Part shown: positions 43,634-58,460 of the stretch, piece after piece | Position numbering within the stretch: the first letter of the stretch is position 1 | How the letters are laid out: each line of letters opens with the position of its first letter | Origin: the human T2T-CHM13v2.0 reference genome, Homo sapiens | DNA length: 64,000 nt | Strand: one strand, 5' to 3' | Assembly: GCF_009914755.1 (NCBI RefSeq) | Contig: NC_060929.1 | Notes under the pieces: generated by a model | Database searches by the model: none | Told to the model about the DNA's origin: nothing | What the model saw: the letters and a program-made list of their open reading frames with translations, nothing else | Position numbers and translations under genes: made by a program

Positions 43634-43865
43634 GGCCAGTCACAGTGGCTCACACCTGTAATCCCAGCACTTTAAGAGGCTGAGGTGGGAGGATCGCTTG
43701 AGACCAGCAGTTCAAGACCAGCTTGCGCAACATAATGAGATCCCAACTCTACAGTTTGGAGCTGCAGTGAGCCATGATGGCACCACTGCACTCCAGCCCA
43801 GGTGACGGAGCCAGACCCTGTTTCAGAAAAAAAAAAAAAACAAAGAAGAAGAAGAGGAAGAAAGA
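43634..43865 (+). mobile_element. AluJ with central deletion
   Basis: Left monomer to ...CTCTAC fused to AGTTTGGAGCTGCAGTGAGCCATGAT; A/GAA-rich tail. Confidence 0.85.
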
Positions 43866-45664
43866 GAACACCATATTCAAGTGCTTTCTAAATGGCAAAT
43901 ACTGCGTTTCATCCCAGCAACATGATGGAAGTCTGTGCATTAACCCAGTACACACAGAGTTCTGATTCTGAAAAATGCCCCATCTCTTCTCTCCTACTTG
44001 TCATATCTGACAATGTAGTCTCCATCTCTGGCTCCCTTTCTAGTCTGCCTCCTTTCATCTCTCTACTGGGTAACTTATTCACATAGCAGGTTAAAAGTTG
44101 TGTCTTAACACTTAAGACTCCAAATGCATCTATTCAGAAGTCACAAAGGTAAATCTGTTCAGGAAAGTGAGATATGGGCTGAGGCACAACTCCTGCAGAG
44201 TAGTGATCTTTGCAAAGAGGTAAGAAAAGCAGGCTGCAGGCAGGAGGGGGACAGTGCAGGATCCCAGGATTTTGTTACAAGGGAATCCAAGAACTCAGAG
44301 ACTTACCTGCTTACTGGATTTGAAAAAGTGCACTGGGGGTTGCTAGAATTTGACTAAATAACTAAAATATTGTCGAATCAGTAAACATTTTCCAATCAAT
44401 TAGACTAGACTCTAGAATGTCAGAGTCTGAAAGGGCATTAAGCATTATAGAGATCAAACAATCATTTCACAGATGGGAAAGCTGAGGCCTAGGAGAGCGT
44501 GGGATTTACTTAAAGTCATACAAGTACTCTGTAATGATAAAACCAAAAAGAGAATCGTCCAGGTCTTCTGACAGCTAGCCTAGTACTTTGTCTACAGAAC
44601 CATGTTATCTCTTCTGATTGAATATTGGTTGTGACAGATTCAAAGTAGATATAATACCTCACAACTACTAATTATATTTATCAACATTTAACCAATGACT
44701 GCCTTCTCCCACAGGCCTTGGGCCTATAGGGTCTGTCTGTCTGTTTCTGTCTCTCTCTCTTTCTTTTACTTCCTCTCTCTCTGCTGTTGCTTAGGTTTGG
44801 CTGAAGTGTAGAAATGGTCTGACAGTCAGGCACTGAGCAACTCTGGGAGCCAGGGTTCACTCAAGTAAATCCAGGCCAGGCTACCTCCAAGCCATGCTCT
44901 TTTAGGGAGTAGTGCGTAAATGCACCCTCTTAGCCTTAGAGGAGAAAGCACTCTGTTTAAGGTAAGAGATGTTTGCAGAAGGGGAAAATGAGGAGATAAT
45001 TTGAAGGGGAAAATGTCCTGGCCTCCTGTGTGTCTAAGGATTTGTTGTGTCTGCCTGCTCCCATTTCGTCCACCCCCATCTCACCCTTTCCTACTTCACT
45101 TCTAAAGTCCTAGCAAGAAACACCATCCATGAGGGCCCCAGAGGCCCAACTAAATGTGTGAAACCAAGTAGGTGACATGAGGGAATAGATCTGGATCATA
45201 AGATTTATATCCTGTAGGATAATATTTTATTGCAGCAAGGGGAGAGAAGAGATCCTAAAAATACTGTAGAGAGTATATTATAATATTTTAATGAGGTTTA
45301 TGTGCTCCCCATATACACTTCACCCTGGATGATGGATTGTGCATTTTGACAAATCTATATTTAACATTGGGAGAATAATATGTGATGTATGCTTCCTGGT
45401 AGAGAAATCATATTTATGGAAATCTTTATTCTAGTTATTATAATAGACATTTAAAGACAGTGCCTATTGTGGGCTGTGGATAGATAGAGTGTCCTCATTA
45501 GGGTGGAGGAGAAAATAGTGTGAGTGGCAGAGGATAAATGGCTACCTTAGAAGACAGCAACCCAGGCAGGGGAGCAACTAGTTCAGGGTGACCCAACAGT
45601 CACATCTCTGTTTGGGTTCAGCTCCTCCTCAGCCCCTGCTGCAGGTCATATGCCCTCATCAAGC

Positions 45665-46290
45665 ACTCATCATTCATTTATTTATCAAATATTTATTAAG
45701 CATCTACCATGTCCCAGACACTCTGCTGGCTTTTGGGCACAAAGAAGCATGTCCTAATTTTCAGGGAATTCACATTGACTAAAACAGCCACACATATATA
45801 CAAATAAACAAAGAAAATTATTTTAGATTAATTAAAGAATGGGAAATAAGACAGAGTGATGTGATACAGACTGATGAGGGGTCACTATTTAGAAGAGGTG
45901 ATGAAGCAAGATCTATACAGAGAGGTGAGATTTGGGCTGAGGCACAACTGCTACAAAGGAGTGATGTTTGCAAAGAGGTAAGGGAAGAGCATTGCAGGAA
46001 GGAGGGGAACAGCTGGTGCAGAGTCTCCCATGCAGAATGAGCTTGGAGCCCAGAGGAAGAGAGTGAAAGCCAGTGTGGCTACAGCAGGCAGCAAGGAGAA
46101 GACGGTTGTAAGTTAGGTGAAGTCAGAGGAGCAGGCTATTCATGCTCTGTGTGATGGTCAGATGTTGAGACTTTTCCTGTGTGCAATGGGAAAACTTTGA
46201 GTGGATTTGCACAAGGAGAAAGAACAATGTGTTTTGTTTGTTTTGTCTTTGTTGTTTAAATAAGATCTCTCTGGCTTCTGGGTAGAGAAG
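45665..46290 (-). mobile_element. L2 remnant, antisense
   Basis: TCATTCATTTATTTATCAAATATTTATTAAGCATCTAC...GAGGTGAGATTTGGGCTGAG...AAGATCTCTCTGGCT. Confidence 0.7.
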
Positions 46291-47879
46291 TGATTTTGTC
46301 ACTGAAAACCAAATGTCCTAAAGCTCAAGGCCATGAACACCACCTTCAGATACCAGGAGGGCTATAGAGTGGGTCAAGAGCAAGAATTGTGTGAAACCAG
46401 AATCTCAGTAACTAGAAGTATGCAAGCAGATGTTAATGATCACCTGCCAGGTTTCCTGCAGATGGTATGCTGGTTTTCAGTGGGAGTAGGACAGATGGGT
46501 TATATGGTTCAGCTGCAATCTTTAAGAGATTATGACCTTTAAAGCCCATTTTCTCTAGGGACTAACAGAAAACGGAGACTCACAGTAGACAATTAGGTAC
46601 CACTGGTTAATTGCATTCTTTATTGCAGCATGGGCCAAAAGATTTTCAATAACATTTCAAAAGTATTCACCAAAAAAAGGTCTTGGAGGCAAATAGATTT
46701 GACAAAATCTGGGATAAAAATGGGTAGAATTCCTCACAATCTTTTATGCAGCTAATGTGAAGTATGAAACTCTAAAACAGGGACAAAGTATGCACCATTT
46801 CCCAAATGTATTTGACCAAAGAAGACTTATTTTTTAAGGAGCATCTTGTGGGGCTATAGTTTCATGAAACCTTCTGGGCAATGGTCGCATACTGTAATTT
46901 GAGATCCCATACACAGTGGCAATGTGGGGTTCTGGAAACAGGTGATATGGTAAAAAGAGTAAAGGATCTAAGAGCATTAACTTTTTTATCTTAAAAGAAA
47001 AAAATAATAATACCTAAGTCACAAGGATGTGATGAGGACTAAATAGCCTAATATATGTAAAAGGACCACAAAGCACTCTAAAATACTGTTTTCATGACAA
47101 GGATGAATGACTTTCCTCACCATCCACCTTGGAAGGGCAATTTTTAGGCATTGAAGATGGCCTTGGGGTTGGTCTCACTGGGGCAAAGATTATGAACTCT
47201 CATCCTATATCATATAGTAAAACAAAGTTTAGGAGCTGACTGACTTGGAGTTTAATCCCATGACCTTGGTCTTATTAGCATCGTATTTTAATTAGAAGTA
47301 TAATCAACCACAAACCAGGATTGGCAACTGCATTGGGATTCTACAGAATCGGTCCTGTGGGTATGTTCTCACAGCTAAGCTATTACTATGGCTGATACAC
47401 TGGGGGGTCTGAAAATCAGCTAGCAAGATGTACAAGCACAAAGTGAACATTAGCAGACAAATGAACACTGAGAGTTAAGGGCTAGACTGGGAAAATCGAC
47501 ACTTGTTTTCTTAAACGTGTATTAGCAGCAATAGCTGGATTCTTCCTGTAGCACCTTTTTATGCTTTGCCTTTAATTGATAGACAATGTGAGGGGAAGAT
47601 CGTTAGATTAAGAGTCAAGAATATCTGCCCAAGTCATATGTCCTAGCTGTGCTACCTTGAATATGTTCATTAAATTTCTGAGCCTTGGTTTCTCCCCTTT
47701 AAAAAAATGACCCAGTCATCCCTTTCTAGCCTCAATAGGGTCATTGTAGAGACCAAGTAAGGTAATAGATGAAAGTGTCTTATATACATGGCTACTGTAA
47801 TTAATAACCATGACAACTTCTGGCTTCTAATAGATATCTAATAAAATTGGATTTACACAGATGAATGAGGCATCGAACA

Positions 47880-48046
47880 GGTGAATGTGTGAGTGGGGTA
47901 GTTAGATGGGTAGGATGGATGGACAGTTGGATAGACTGGTGTGTCGAAAGGATGAATGGATGGATTGGTTTGTTGGATGGGTAGATGGATAGATGACAGT
48001 TGGGTGGATAATTGATGGGTTGGATGGATGAACTAGTGGATGGATT
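47880..48046 (+). repeat. Degenerate (TGGA)n low-complexity tract upstream of exon 3
   Basis: Repeated GGAT/GGGT/AGAT units. Confidence 0.8.
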
Positions 48047-48092
48047 CATTTTGGAGTCATCTGACCACTTTTTGCAGTCTTCTATTCATTAA

Positions 48093-48437
<345 letters not shown>

Positions 48438-50001
48438 TGAAAAATATGGGAAAATTATCCAAAATGCTTTATTTCTGAGAAATCTGACTGATTTATCAGT
48501 AGCTGACCTCTAATTCAGTTTGGAAACGCATTCTGAGAATAATTCTCTTAATGCACCATGTCACTCTACAGCTCACTAAGCTTTCATGGCTCCTGAGTCC
48601 AAACTCAATGCAAAAGGACCTCAGACTTTGGAGTCAGGCAGATCTGGATCTGAAACCTAGGTTCTGTCCTCTCCAGCTGTTTGACTTTGGACAAACTCTC
48701 TCTGCCTCAATTTCAGCACTTATATAATGGGGATAAAATTCTCTATGCCTTCATTTTCTCATGTCTATAATGAGGATAAAAACAATGTCTATCTTATAAA
48801 GGTTTTGTGAAACTGAATGAGATGACTATGAAGTGTTCAGTGCCTGCAACATAGTAAAAACTCAAAATTCTTTCTCTGTTTTAGATGTTATCATCATCAT
48901 CATCCTCCTCATCATAATCTTCATCCTTCTCTGGGCTTTCTAATTCTTCCTCCTTTGAATTTAACATCACATTTTCCAAATGTTTTCTATACTTTTTCTT
49001 CTCTATGTCTTTACTCATGTTATTCCAGTTTTCTGGAATGCACTTCCCTTCTCCAATTTACATCTGTAAATCCTTCTCCTCTTTTGCAGGATGTCCCTAT
49101 TCCCCAATTCTGTGGATGGGAGCACTCTCTCCAACTCCCATGATGTTTGTCTTGTACTGTCCTACCTTCTCATTGTATATTAAATAGTCTTGTAATAATT
49201 TATTCACTACTGGTGTAAACAAATAAATGGGTCACGCAAGACCTGAAAGGTGAGACAGAGGAGTACAGTACTGATGTGGTTGCCTGCAGGGAGTCTTAGA
49301 AAACTTTTGAGTTGGAGAGAGGTTTGTGAAAGTGATTTTTCAGGCAGTTAGGCAGGCGTCGTTCAGATGGGAAGGAGCCAACAGAAGAAACCAGGAACAC
49401 CCTATTTTCTTTGATTTTCTCTTCACTGTCCCCACTTTGATGACTTCCCTTCTCAGACTGCGACTATTGCAGGGGTCACCTGGAAGTCTATTTCAGGACA
49501 GCTTTGCAGCATAATGTAGCTGGAGGCCTGGAAGTAATAAAGCCAGAAAAATGTACCTTTGCTTGTGGGAGATCATCTCTGGGGTCAGCAGAAGCACCCA
49601 CACTCTCAAAAGAGCTCCACCTACCTCAGAACTCAGAGCTCAGAGCCCTGCCGTTTGTCAGCTGTGTGACCTTGGACTAATGACTAAATCTCTCTAAGCC
49701 TCAATTTCCACACTATAAAATAGGGATAATAATAGTATCTACCTTGAAAGATTAAGTGGATTAAAACCAGTAGAACAGTGCCAGACACACAGTACATTTT
49801 CAGTAAATGTTGGTCTCAAACTCACCAAACAACTTGCACTGAAAAGGAAACAAAGATAGGAAGGCATAGCAGAACCAATCTGCAGATGATTCTTGAGGCC
49901 AGATACCATATTGGTCACTGTGGAAGAGGTTAACTGTGTTACTGAAAGTCAGAAATGACATACATACAAAAAATTAATCCATGCAAGATCAAAATAATAT
50001 C

Positions 50002-50513
50002 TGTGAATAATTAATAATGACACCCCCCCCCCAAGATGTTCATGTTGCAATCTCTAGAACCTGCAAATATGTCTATGTTACATGGCAAAGGAAAATGAAG
50101 GCTGCAGTTGGGATTAAGGTTGCTAAACTATTGACCTTTAATAGGGTAATTATCCTGGATTATGTTGGGGGGACACAATGTAATCACAAGGTCCTTAAAT
50201 GTGGAAGTTGGAGTCAGAAGAGTCAGTGTCAGAGTGGTGCAATGTGAGAAAGACGACCACCATTACTGGCCTTGAAGATGGAAGGGGCCATATGCCAAGA
50301 AATGCAGGTAGCCTCTAGAAGTTGGAAAGGCAAGAGAGTGGATTCTTCCCTAGAACCTTTAGACACCAACACAGCCCTGCTGACACCTTGATTTTAGCCT
50401 GGGACACCTATCTCATGCATCTTACCTCAAGAACTGTAAGATAGTACATTTGTGTTGTTTTAAGCCAGTAAGTGTGTGATAACTTGTTACAGCAGCAGTA
50501 GGAAACTAATACA
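50002..50513 (+). mobile_element. MLT1D-like solo LTR (ERVL-MaLR)
   Basis: TG...CA termini; GGGATTAAGGTTGCTAA, CTAGAAGTTGGAAAGGCAAG, GACACCTTGATTTTAGCC, CAGCAGTAGGAAACTAATACA. Confidence 0.88.
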
Positions 50514-50612
50514 CCATCTAATTCTCCAAGAAGAAACAAAGCAGCATTGAGTAATGGCCTCTCTACTCATTTAGCTATAGATCAGAAGAGAGTAGTTTAA
50601 TTCAGGACACAT

Positions 50613-50938
<326 letters not shown>

Positions 50939-51495
50939 TGCCAGGACACATATTAAACACCTACTGTGTGAGAGACAAAGTATTAGGTATTAAAGATACT
51001 ATATTGAACATTCACAAATTTGATCAGCAGTTATTAGGTGACCATTTAGATGCTAGGTTGGCACATTTAATAAGCAGTTACTGAGTGCTGAATAAAACTA
51101 ACAGCTAATATTTATAAAACCCTTGCAGGTGTCAGGCTCTGCTATGTATCAAACATTCTCACTTAATCCTCATAATGACATTATGAGGTGAGCATTATTT
51201 ACACCACACTTTACCTTTGAAGAAACTAAAGTTTGAAGAGGCTAATGAGCCTGCACAAGGCCATTTAGCCATATGTTGGATTTGAGCCTCAGATTGTTTT
51301 TTAATCACTAGTTCTACCATCTATGTTCAGAAACACAGTGTCTGATCTCACAGAGTTCAGAGTTTTGCAGCCAGAGAAAACTAGAACTGAGTTTGGCAGA
51401 AGAGTGGGTTTGGGGGTAGCCAGGGGAGGTAGGTGCCTGATGGGAGTGGGTGGTGCCCACAAATCCTGACTGTCATTTCTCTTCTACTCATCTGA

Positions 51496-51726
<231 letters not shown>

Positions 51727-51947
51727 TGATTCAGGAATAGCCAGACACACTTTTGCCTTGGGTGTTATAAAGAGGGTTATAAAGAGGGTTCTTGACTAGG
51801 TGAGACTAAAAGACCTCTATCTCATTTTCTATAATTCACAAAATTTAATTCTGAAATAGCACAAACAATGGGAGCCTTGACATAGGGCTTCAAATGGTTC
51901 TCAGACCTGTTAACTCCAATGTATCCCTCTATTGTTTAAAAAAAAAA

Positions 51948-52287
<340 letters not shown>

Positions 52288-55200
52288 TTACATTCCATTT
52301 TAGAGTTTATGAAATGTTATCATATTAGGAACACAGCTTATAGGGCCAAATTTCTGGGTTCGACTCTGGACTCTGTCACTCATGATCCAGGGTTTGGCAT
52401 CTCATTCCTTTCACCTTCTTAACTGTTTTGAAAGGCTAAGGAAGCAGCAGCCACCTTTATTTCCATTGTTTCCTTGAACATGCCCTTCCCTTTGAGAAAT
52501 CAATTGACAGTACATTCTTCTATAAACAGGCATTGTAACTTCAACAGTCTTGAGCTAGATCTCTCTAAACTGTGCTTCCCCTGGTCTCAAAACAAAAGCC
52601 CATGCCCACCACAGAATTAGGATTTTTTGTAGATTCCTTATCTTTTTAAACTACATTTATGTATTCAGATTCAGAGCTAGCAAGGTAGCAGACGTTGCAA
52701 TAACTTTTGAACAATGTCATACAATAAAATTGATAGTTTTAGGTACTTGACAACATGACAAAGTTTGTTAATGGCCTTCAAGACCCCTGGGGCCCTCACA
52801 GAGAATCTTGGTACTAGGACAGCTATTACTCAGAGGCCTCAGCAATAGAACACAGACAGAGTTTGAATGTTATGGATTCTTTAAGGCACTAACTGTTCTA
52901 CTTTATGAAGTACAAATTTGGCCTTCCCTCTTGGAAAGAGAAACCCAGCAAAACTTGTTCCATTGAGATGGAAGTTCTCTGGGCCGGAGTCAGGGATTTG
53001 AATTGCAGTTTTCAATTCAGGCAGGATAAGATAATAGTTAAGAGCAGAGATAAAACCAGACTGGCTAGGGTTCAAATCCCAGCTCTAGTATTTACTGGCT
53101 TTGTGACCTTGACCAGGTTTTTAATCTTTCTACATCTCAAGTTCTTGATCTGTAAAATGGGCATCATCATCATAATAATAGCCACTTTTAGAGGGCTCTT
53201 GTGAGAATTAAAAGAATCAATATATGTGAAGCACTTAGAACAGAGTCTGCCCCACAGTAAGTGGTACAAGCAAGCATTTGCCTATTTTTGCTATTCCTAG
53301 TGCCTACTAGGACCAGCTTCTTGAGTCCCTTTCTTCCTTGGGCATAAGTGAATCCGTCTGTAAAATGTGAATGAAGGCCTCTGTTCTATAAAACTGATAA
53401 AAAGGCAAGATAACATAGTCGATGGAAAAAGTGCCAAATGATAATGACATATTAATAGACAGATGACCTATTGTATATTGTTCTATGGTACAGACAGTAG
53501 CTATTACTACTATTTTTTTAGTGTGTATGGTATACCAGATACTATGCCAAGACCTTCCCATGCATAATCCTACTTCATTCCCACATCAACTTTGTAAAAC
53601 AGCTTTTTTCAATTCCCCTATTTTATAGATGAAGAAAAGAGAGATTATACTTGCCCAACATCTCACAGCTAGCATATGATAAAAGCAGGAAGTCAAACCT
53701 ATCTTGGTCTGGCCAAAGAACCTAGCTTCTTAAAAATGCAACTTTTCTGCTTCTGCTATCTATAATTAACTCCTCTCTCAAAGGGCAAACTTGCGTTTTG
53801 TAAAGAAGTGACCCGTTTGTATGGGTATTTTAGATTGTAGCATATTGACATTTTTTAAAATTGTTTCATTCATCTATTTTGAAAAGTAAGACCAAAGAGT
53901 TGAAAGGATTTTACAGATCACTTGATTCTTTGCTTATGCTTACATTTTATAGATAGAATGACTGACGGTCAAATTGATTAAGTTATTTGCCTTAGACAAA
54001 TAATGAATGACAGTAATGAGCCTACAACTTATATCTCTGACTTACAATCTCACACTTAGCATCATCCTGGACTATCTCACATTCAGTAACTGGGAACGTA
54101 CCTGGGATACAGTTACATTCAGTAACTGCATACAGTCTAACACAAAATTTTCCACCTAATCTGAGGAAAAAAACAGTGACTCAAAATTCCAAATAGGGAA
54201 TTAACTGCCTGTGTCTGTCTCCAGCCCCCACCCAACTAAAATCTAAGCTCGACGATGCCAGGGATTTTTGTTTTATTTTCTTCCCTGCTGAGTCCACAAT
54301 GCCTTGGATAGTGCTTGACACCAAATAAAGTATTCAATACATTCTTTTCAGTGAATTAAAAGAATAAGGAATCAATGAAGCCTCTAAGAAAGTTCTTAAA
54401 TGTAAGATAAATCTGGATTTCTATAGATAGCCATTGGCTGGATAAGAGCCTTTAAGATGGAGGAAAAGGCATGTCAGGAGGCCCAGAGGGCATGTGAGGG
54501 CTGGGTTTCATACTGCAGTTTTGCAGGCTGAGTGATGGATGCTGAGCGTCCACTGGAGAGGATGGCAGGAAGATAAACACACAATCAAGAATATCCTTGG
54601 AAACCATTAGAAAGAGTTTAGGGTTTATTCTGTAAACAATGGGGAGTCAGTGAAGGTTTGTGAGCAAGGAACAGGATTATTAGAATATAATACTTTATCA
54701 ATATATGATGCCAAAGCATATAAAACAGTCATTAAGCACAAAATTAGTTAGAAGTGAGAATAGACCAGGACCTGTTGAGGTTATCCATCACATCCCCCTA
54801 TGTTATTGTCTTCATGGTGCTTGTACCTGCTGAAATCTTGTTCATTTATCTATTTATATATTGACCATCTGGCACCCTACTAAAATGTTAACTCAACTCA
54901 ATGAGGGCACAGAGACCTTGCCTCACTTGCTCAATGCTGTTTCCCCAGCACATAGCATAGTGCTTGGCATATAATTTATGTTAAATAAATGTTTGTTGAA
55001 TGGATTAATTAGTTAATCATAGAGGGTTTTACAGAGGAGTTGAGATTGGAGCTCAGCCATTAAGGATACGAACAATCAGAGAGAATGGGAGAGGCCATTC
55101 AGACACAAATATTGTGAATGAAGGCAATGCATTGGGAATGAGCTTTGAAGTAATGGGGGTCAGTGAGGTGATGGACCCCTTGTGAAATTGCTTCTTACAT

Positions 55201-56995
55201 TTATAACACCTTTCTCAGTTTGTTACCCTGTATATATTTATCCGTTCACCTATTTATTATGGATCTCCTCTCAATGAAGTGTAACCTCCAAGAGGGCAAG
55301 CACCATGCTTCTTTCACCTTTCCACTGTGTTGCCAATAGTGCTTCACCCATAGCAAGCTCTTAATACATATTTGTGAAAGGAAGGTATTAGAGGAGGGAA
55401 GGTCAATGTATAGGTTGGGGAATAGATAGATGGGAAGGTTGGTATCAGGTTGGATCATATGAAATTGCCAGTTTTTATAAGTCAAAAGTCATCAGTTATC
55501 AGCTGTTTCCTTTGTTTCAATTTGTACTTTCATCTTGTGGGGACAATATTTCTCCATTGCCTGAATGTGGTTGGTTTTAAAATATCATGTCTTTGCTGTT
55601 TTGTGTTTATTAGAAGCTGAATAGGTTCTTGATAAAGGTGTCTCATTGTTGAAAAGGCAGCAAACCATTTGACAAGCAGATGAAAAAGTAATGAAGAATT
55701 ATTAATAAAACTATCATCCCAATAGTATTTGAGCTCCGTGGTCTGGAATTTCACAATCTAACCACTATTTCAAAGAATTCATTGTGTGTGCTTGCATTTA
55801 ATTATTCCCCACATAAAAAAACATGAGTCACTATGCACATACATCCAATTAAGTAGATGTCTGAATGTGGATTTTAATAACCTTGAAAATTTATTCAGTT
55901 AGAGAAGAAGCCCAAGTGCTTATCATCTGTTATATGTCTCCTTGCAACAGTGCAGGGAGAGAGACACCGAGCAGAGTACACTAACCCCAATTTGATGATT
56001 AAAAAAAATAGGGAATTAGATCTAGTTAATCTGCAGGCTGAGCTAGATCTAAAACCAAGGTCTGTAGTCTTAACCATTCATTATTAGGTGTGTCTCCTGC
56101 CCAAGCAAACTTCTGGGCAGTTCTTTCCACAAATATTTTTTCTACCTGTGATGATTAGGGATAGTCTGCATTTTGGGATAAAAGGGTATTCATTGACACT
56201 GGTTCTTAATGATTAACCATAATCAAACATCAAATGGAAAAGTTCACAGGAGTCAGGTCCCTGTCCTGATACTGCCACCAGGCTACTATCAGATCTGGGC
56301 AAAACATTTTCCCTCTGTGGGTCTTGACTTCCTATCTGTACAGTGAGAGTTTGGACCAGATGATCCTAACTTTCCCTTCCAGCTTCTAAGTTGGGCAATC
56401 CATTAATGTCTGAGTACCTAACTGATTCGGGGAGGAAGGCACAAAATTCAGAAAAAGAAAGAAGAGCATCTATATATGGTTCATGCAAGGAATTGAAGGT
56501 GAAGTCATCCACATACCCATCTGACCATTCATCCACCATCCATCTATTAACTCATCTGTTTTTCCAATCAGCGAATATTGTCATGACAGATTTCATGCAA
56601 CATAAAATTCCCACCTAAAGAAGAATCTCCACATACAAGGAAGGTTTATGAAAGAAAGAACGCAGTGAGCATTTCAGATGGGTCCTTGGGGTTACAGTAA
56701 CACCACTCTACCCTTGGAATCAGACAAAACTGATTTCAAATTCTGTATCTGCCACTTAGTAGCTGTAAGATTACAACTTACAGAGGTTATATAATAGGCA
56801 GTCCATGCCTATTCCTTATTTGTAAAATAAGGATGCTAACAATGCCACCATCATTGGATGGTTGGGATATTGTAGTTCTAGTACTTAGGGTAGGGCACAT
56901 TGTAAGCACTCGATATCAGCTGCCGTTATTACTGTTGTTGTCGTGGCTTTAACTGTTAGTATGATTAATGAGTCTCCACCTATTATGTTTTGTAG

Positions 56996-57049
56996 ATTAT
57001 AAAGCTAGAGAAGAATGGCATCGGCTACCACTACATTCTTGCAAATCTG
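56996..57049 (+). CDS. GRIA1: GRIA1 exon 5 (54 bp, phase 0-0)
   Basis: gttttgtag|ATTATAAAG...AATCTG|gtgagt; encodes IIKLEKNGIGYHYILANL, in frame with exon 4. Confidence 0.97.
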
Positions 57050-57854
57050 GTGAGTAGAGCACTGCAGGCTCTCAGCTCAAGTCCTTTCCAGGTTTGGGGC
57101 CCTACCTTGCTTCTGTTGTCCCTGGCTGATGTGAACTGAGTGGGTGGAAGGGGCAATTCAGGGCTGTAATAATGAGTCTTGGCAATACTACATTTTTATC
57201 TTCTCCACATCCCACTCATCAAACCACAACACACTATTCATGAACCTCTAACCTTCCTTGGAAGAGAGCATACTGGTGGGCACGGCTTTATCATCTTCAC
57301 AATTCCAGCTTTAATTGGCTCTGCCCCTTGGCAATAGGGACAAAATCACCACATCTTTGAATTAATGCAAGATGTCTTGATCTTACTGGTTTGGGTCCTC
57401 CATTTTGACCCCAGTGATAGTTTTACTTCTTATAAATACATTTACATCATAATTACACTAGTATTGACAAAATTTTAACCAGAAACAACTTCCCAGCATG
57501 AACAATATTATGTCCATTTAGTTTATATTCACTTTTCTATATGGCATAGATAAGTTTGTTTTAAAATATATATATATATATATTTGTTTTAATGTACTAC
57601 AGATCATTGTATTGAGTGCTACTGTTTTTTATATTACAAAGAAAACAACTCATCAAATCATTTTTTGTATATATTAAATTTTACCTAGTAGCACATACTA
57701 TTATGAGTTTTCTTTTGTAACCATTATTTCTGTCAAGTCTATTTTTTCTGGGTCATGTTTTGTACCTCCACCTTTTTTGTCATGAAGTTTAATTCTTCTA
57801 GCTTTTCTATCCAAAGCCAAATGTATTTTTATTTGGTGTTTAGCCCCATTTTTA

Positions 57855-58460
57855 AAGGCTTTATTGAGACATATTTTATAAAGCACACAATTCATCCATT
57901 TAAAGTGTACAATTAAATGGTTTTCAATATATTCACAAAGTTATGAAACCATCACCACAGTCTTATTTTAAAATTCTTCATCACTGCTAGGAGAAATCCC
58001 TTACCTATTAGCAATGACTCCTTATCATCCCCTAAGCTCCTCCAGCCCTAGGCAACCATTAATTTACTTTCTATCCGTATGTATTTGCCTGTTTGGAGCA
58101 TGTCATATATGTGAAATCATACAATATGTGGTCATTTGTAATTGACTTCTTTCACTTAGCATAACATTTTCAAGTTTCACCCATGTTGCAGCATGTATCA
58201 GTACTTGATTCCTTTTTATTGCCAAACAATATTTCATTATGAGCATATACCACATTTTCTTTATCCATTTTTCAGTTCATGCACATTTGGGTTGTTTTCA
58301 CTTTTTGACTATTATGAATAATGCTGCTATAAAATATTAGTGTACAAGATTTTCACTTTAATATATACCTAGGCATGGAATTACTGGGTTATATGATAAC
58401 TCTATGTTTAACATTTTGAGGAACTCCAAAATTATTTTCCAAAGTGGCTGCATCACCCAT
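57855..58460 (-). mobile_element. L1MB-type 3' end, antisense
   Basis: GCTTTATTGAGACATA...CATTTAAAGTGTACAATT...CAGCCCTAGGCAACCATTAAT...TTTTCCAAAGTGGCTGCA. Confidence 0.85.

Noticed and set aside
54079-54128. ACATTCAGTAACTG repeated twice, with a small CAGTTAC/GTAACTG hairpin
   Set aside because: Too short (14-bp repeat, 7-bp stem) to separate from local mutational noise
56017-56053. TTAGATCTAG...CTAGATCTAA hairpin
   Set aside because: 10-bp stem built on a self-palindromic motif in a degraded MIR-like context; probably chance
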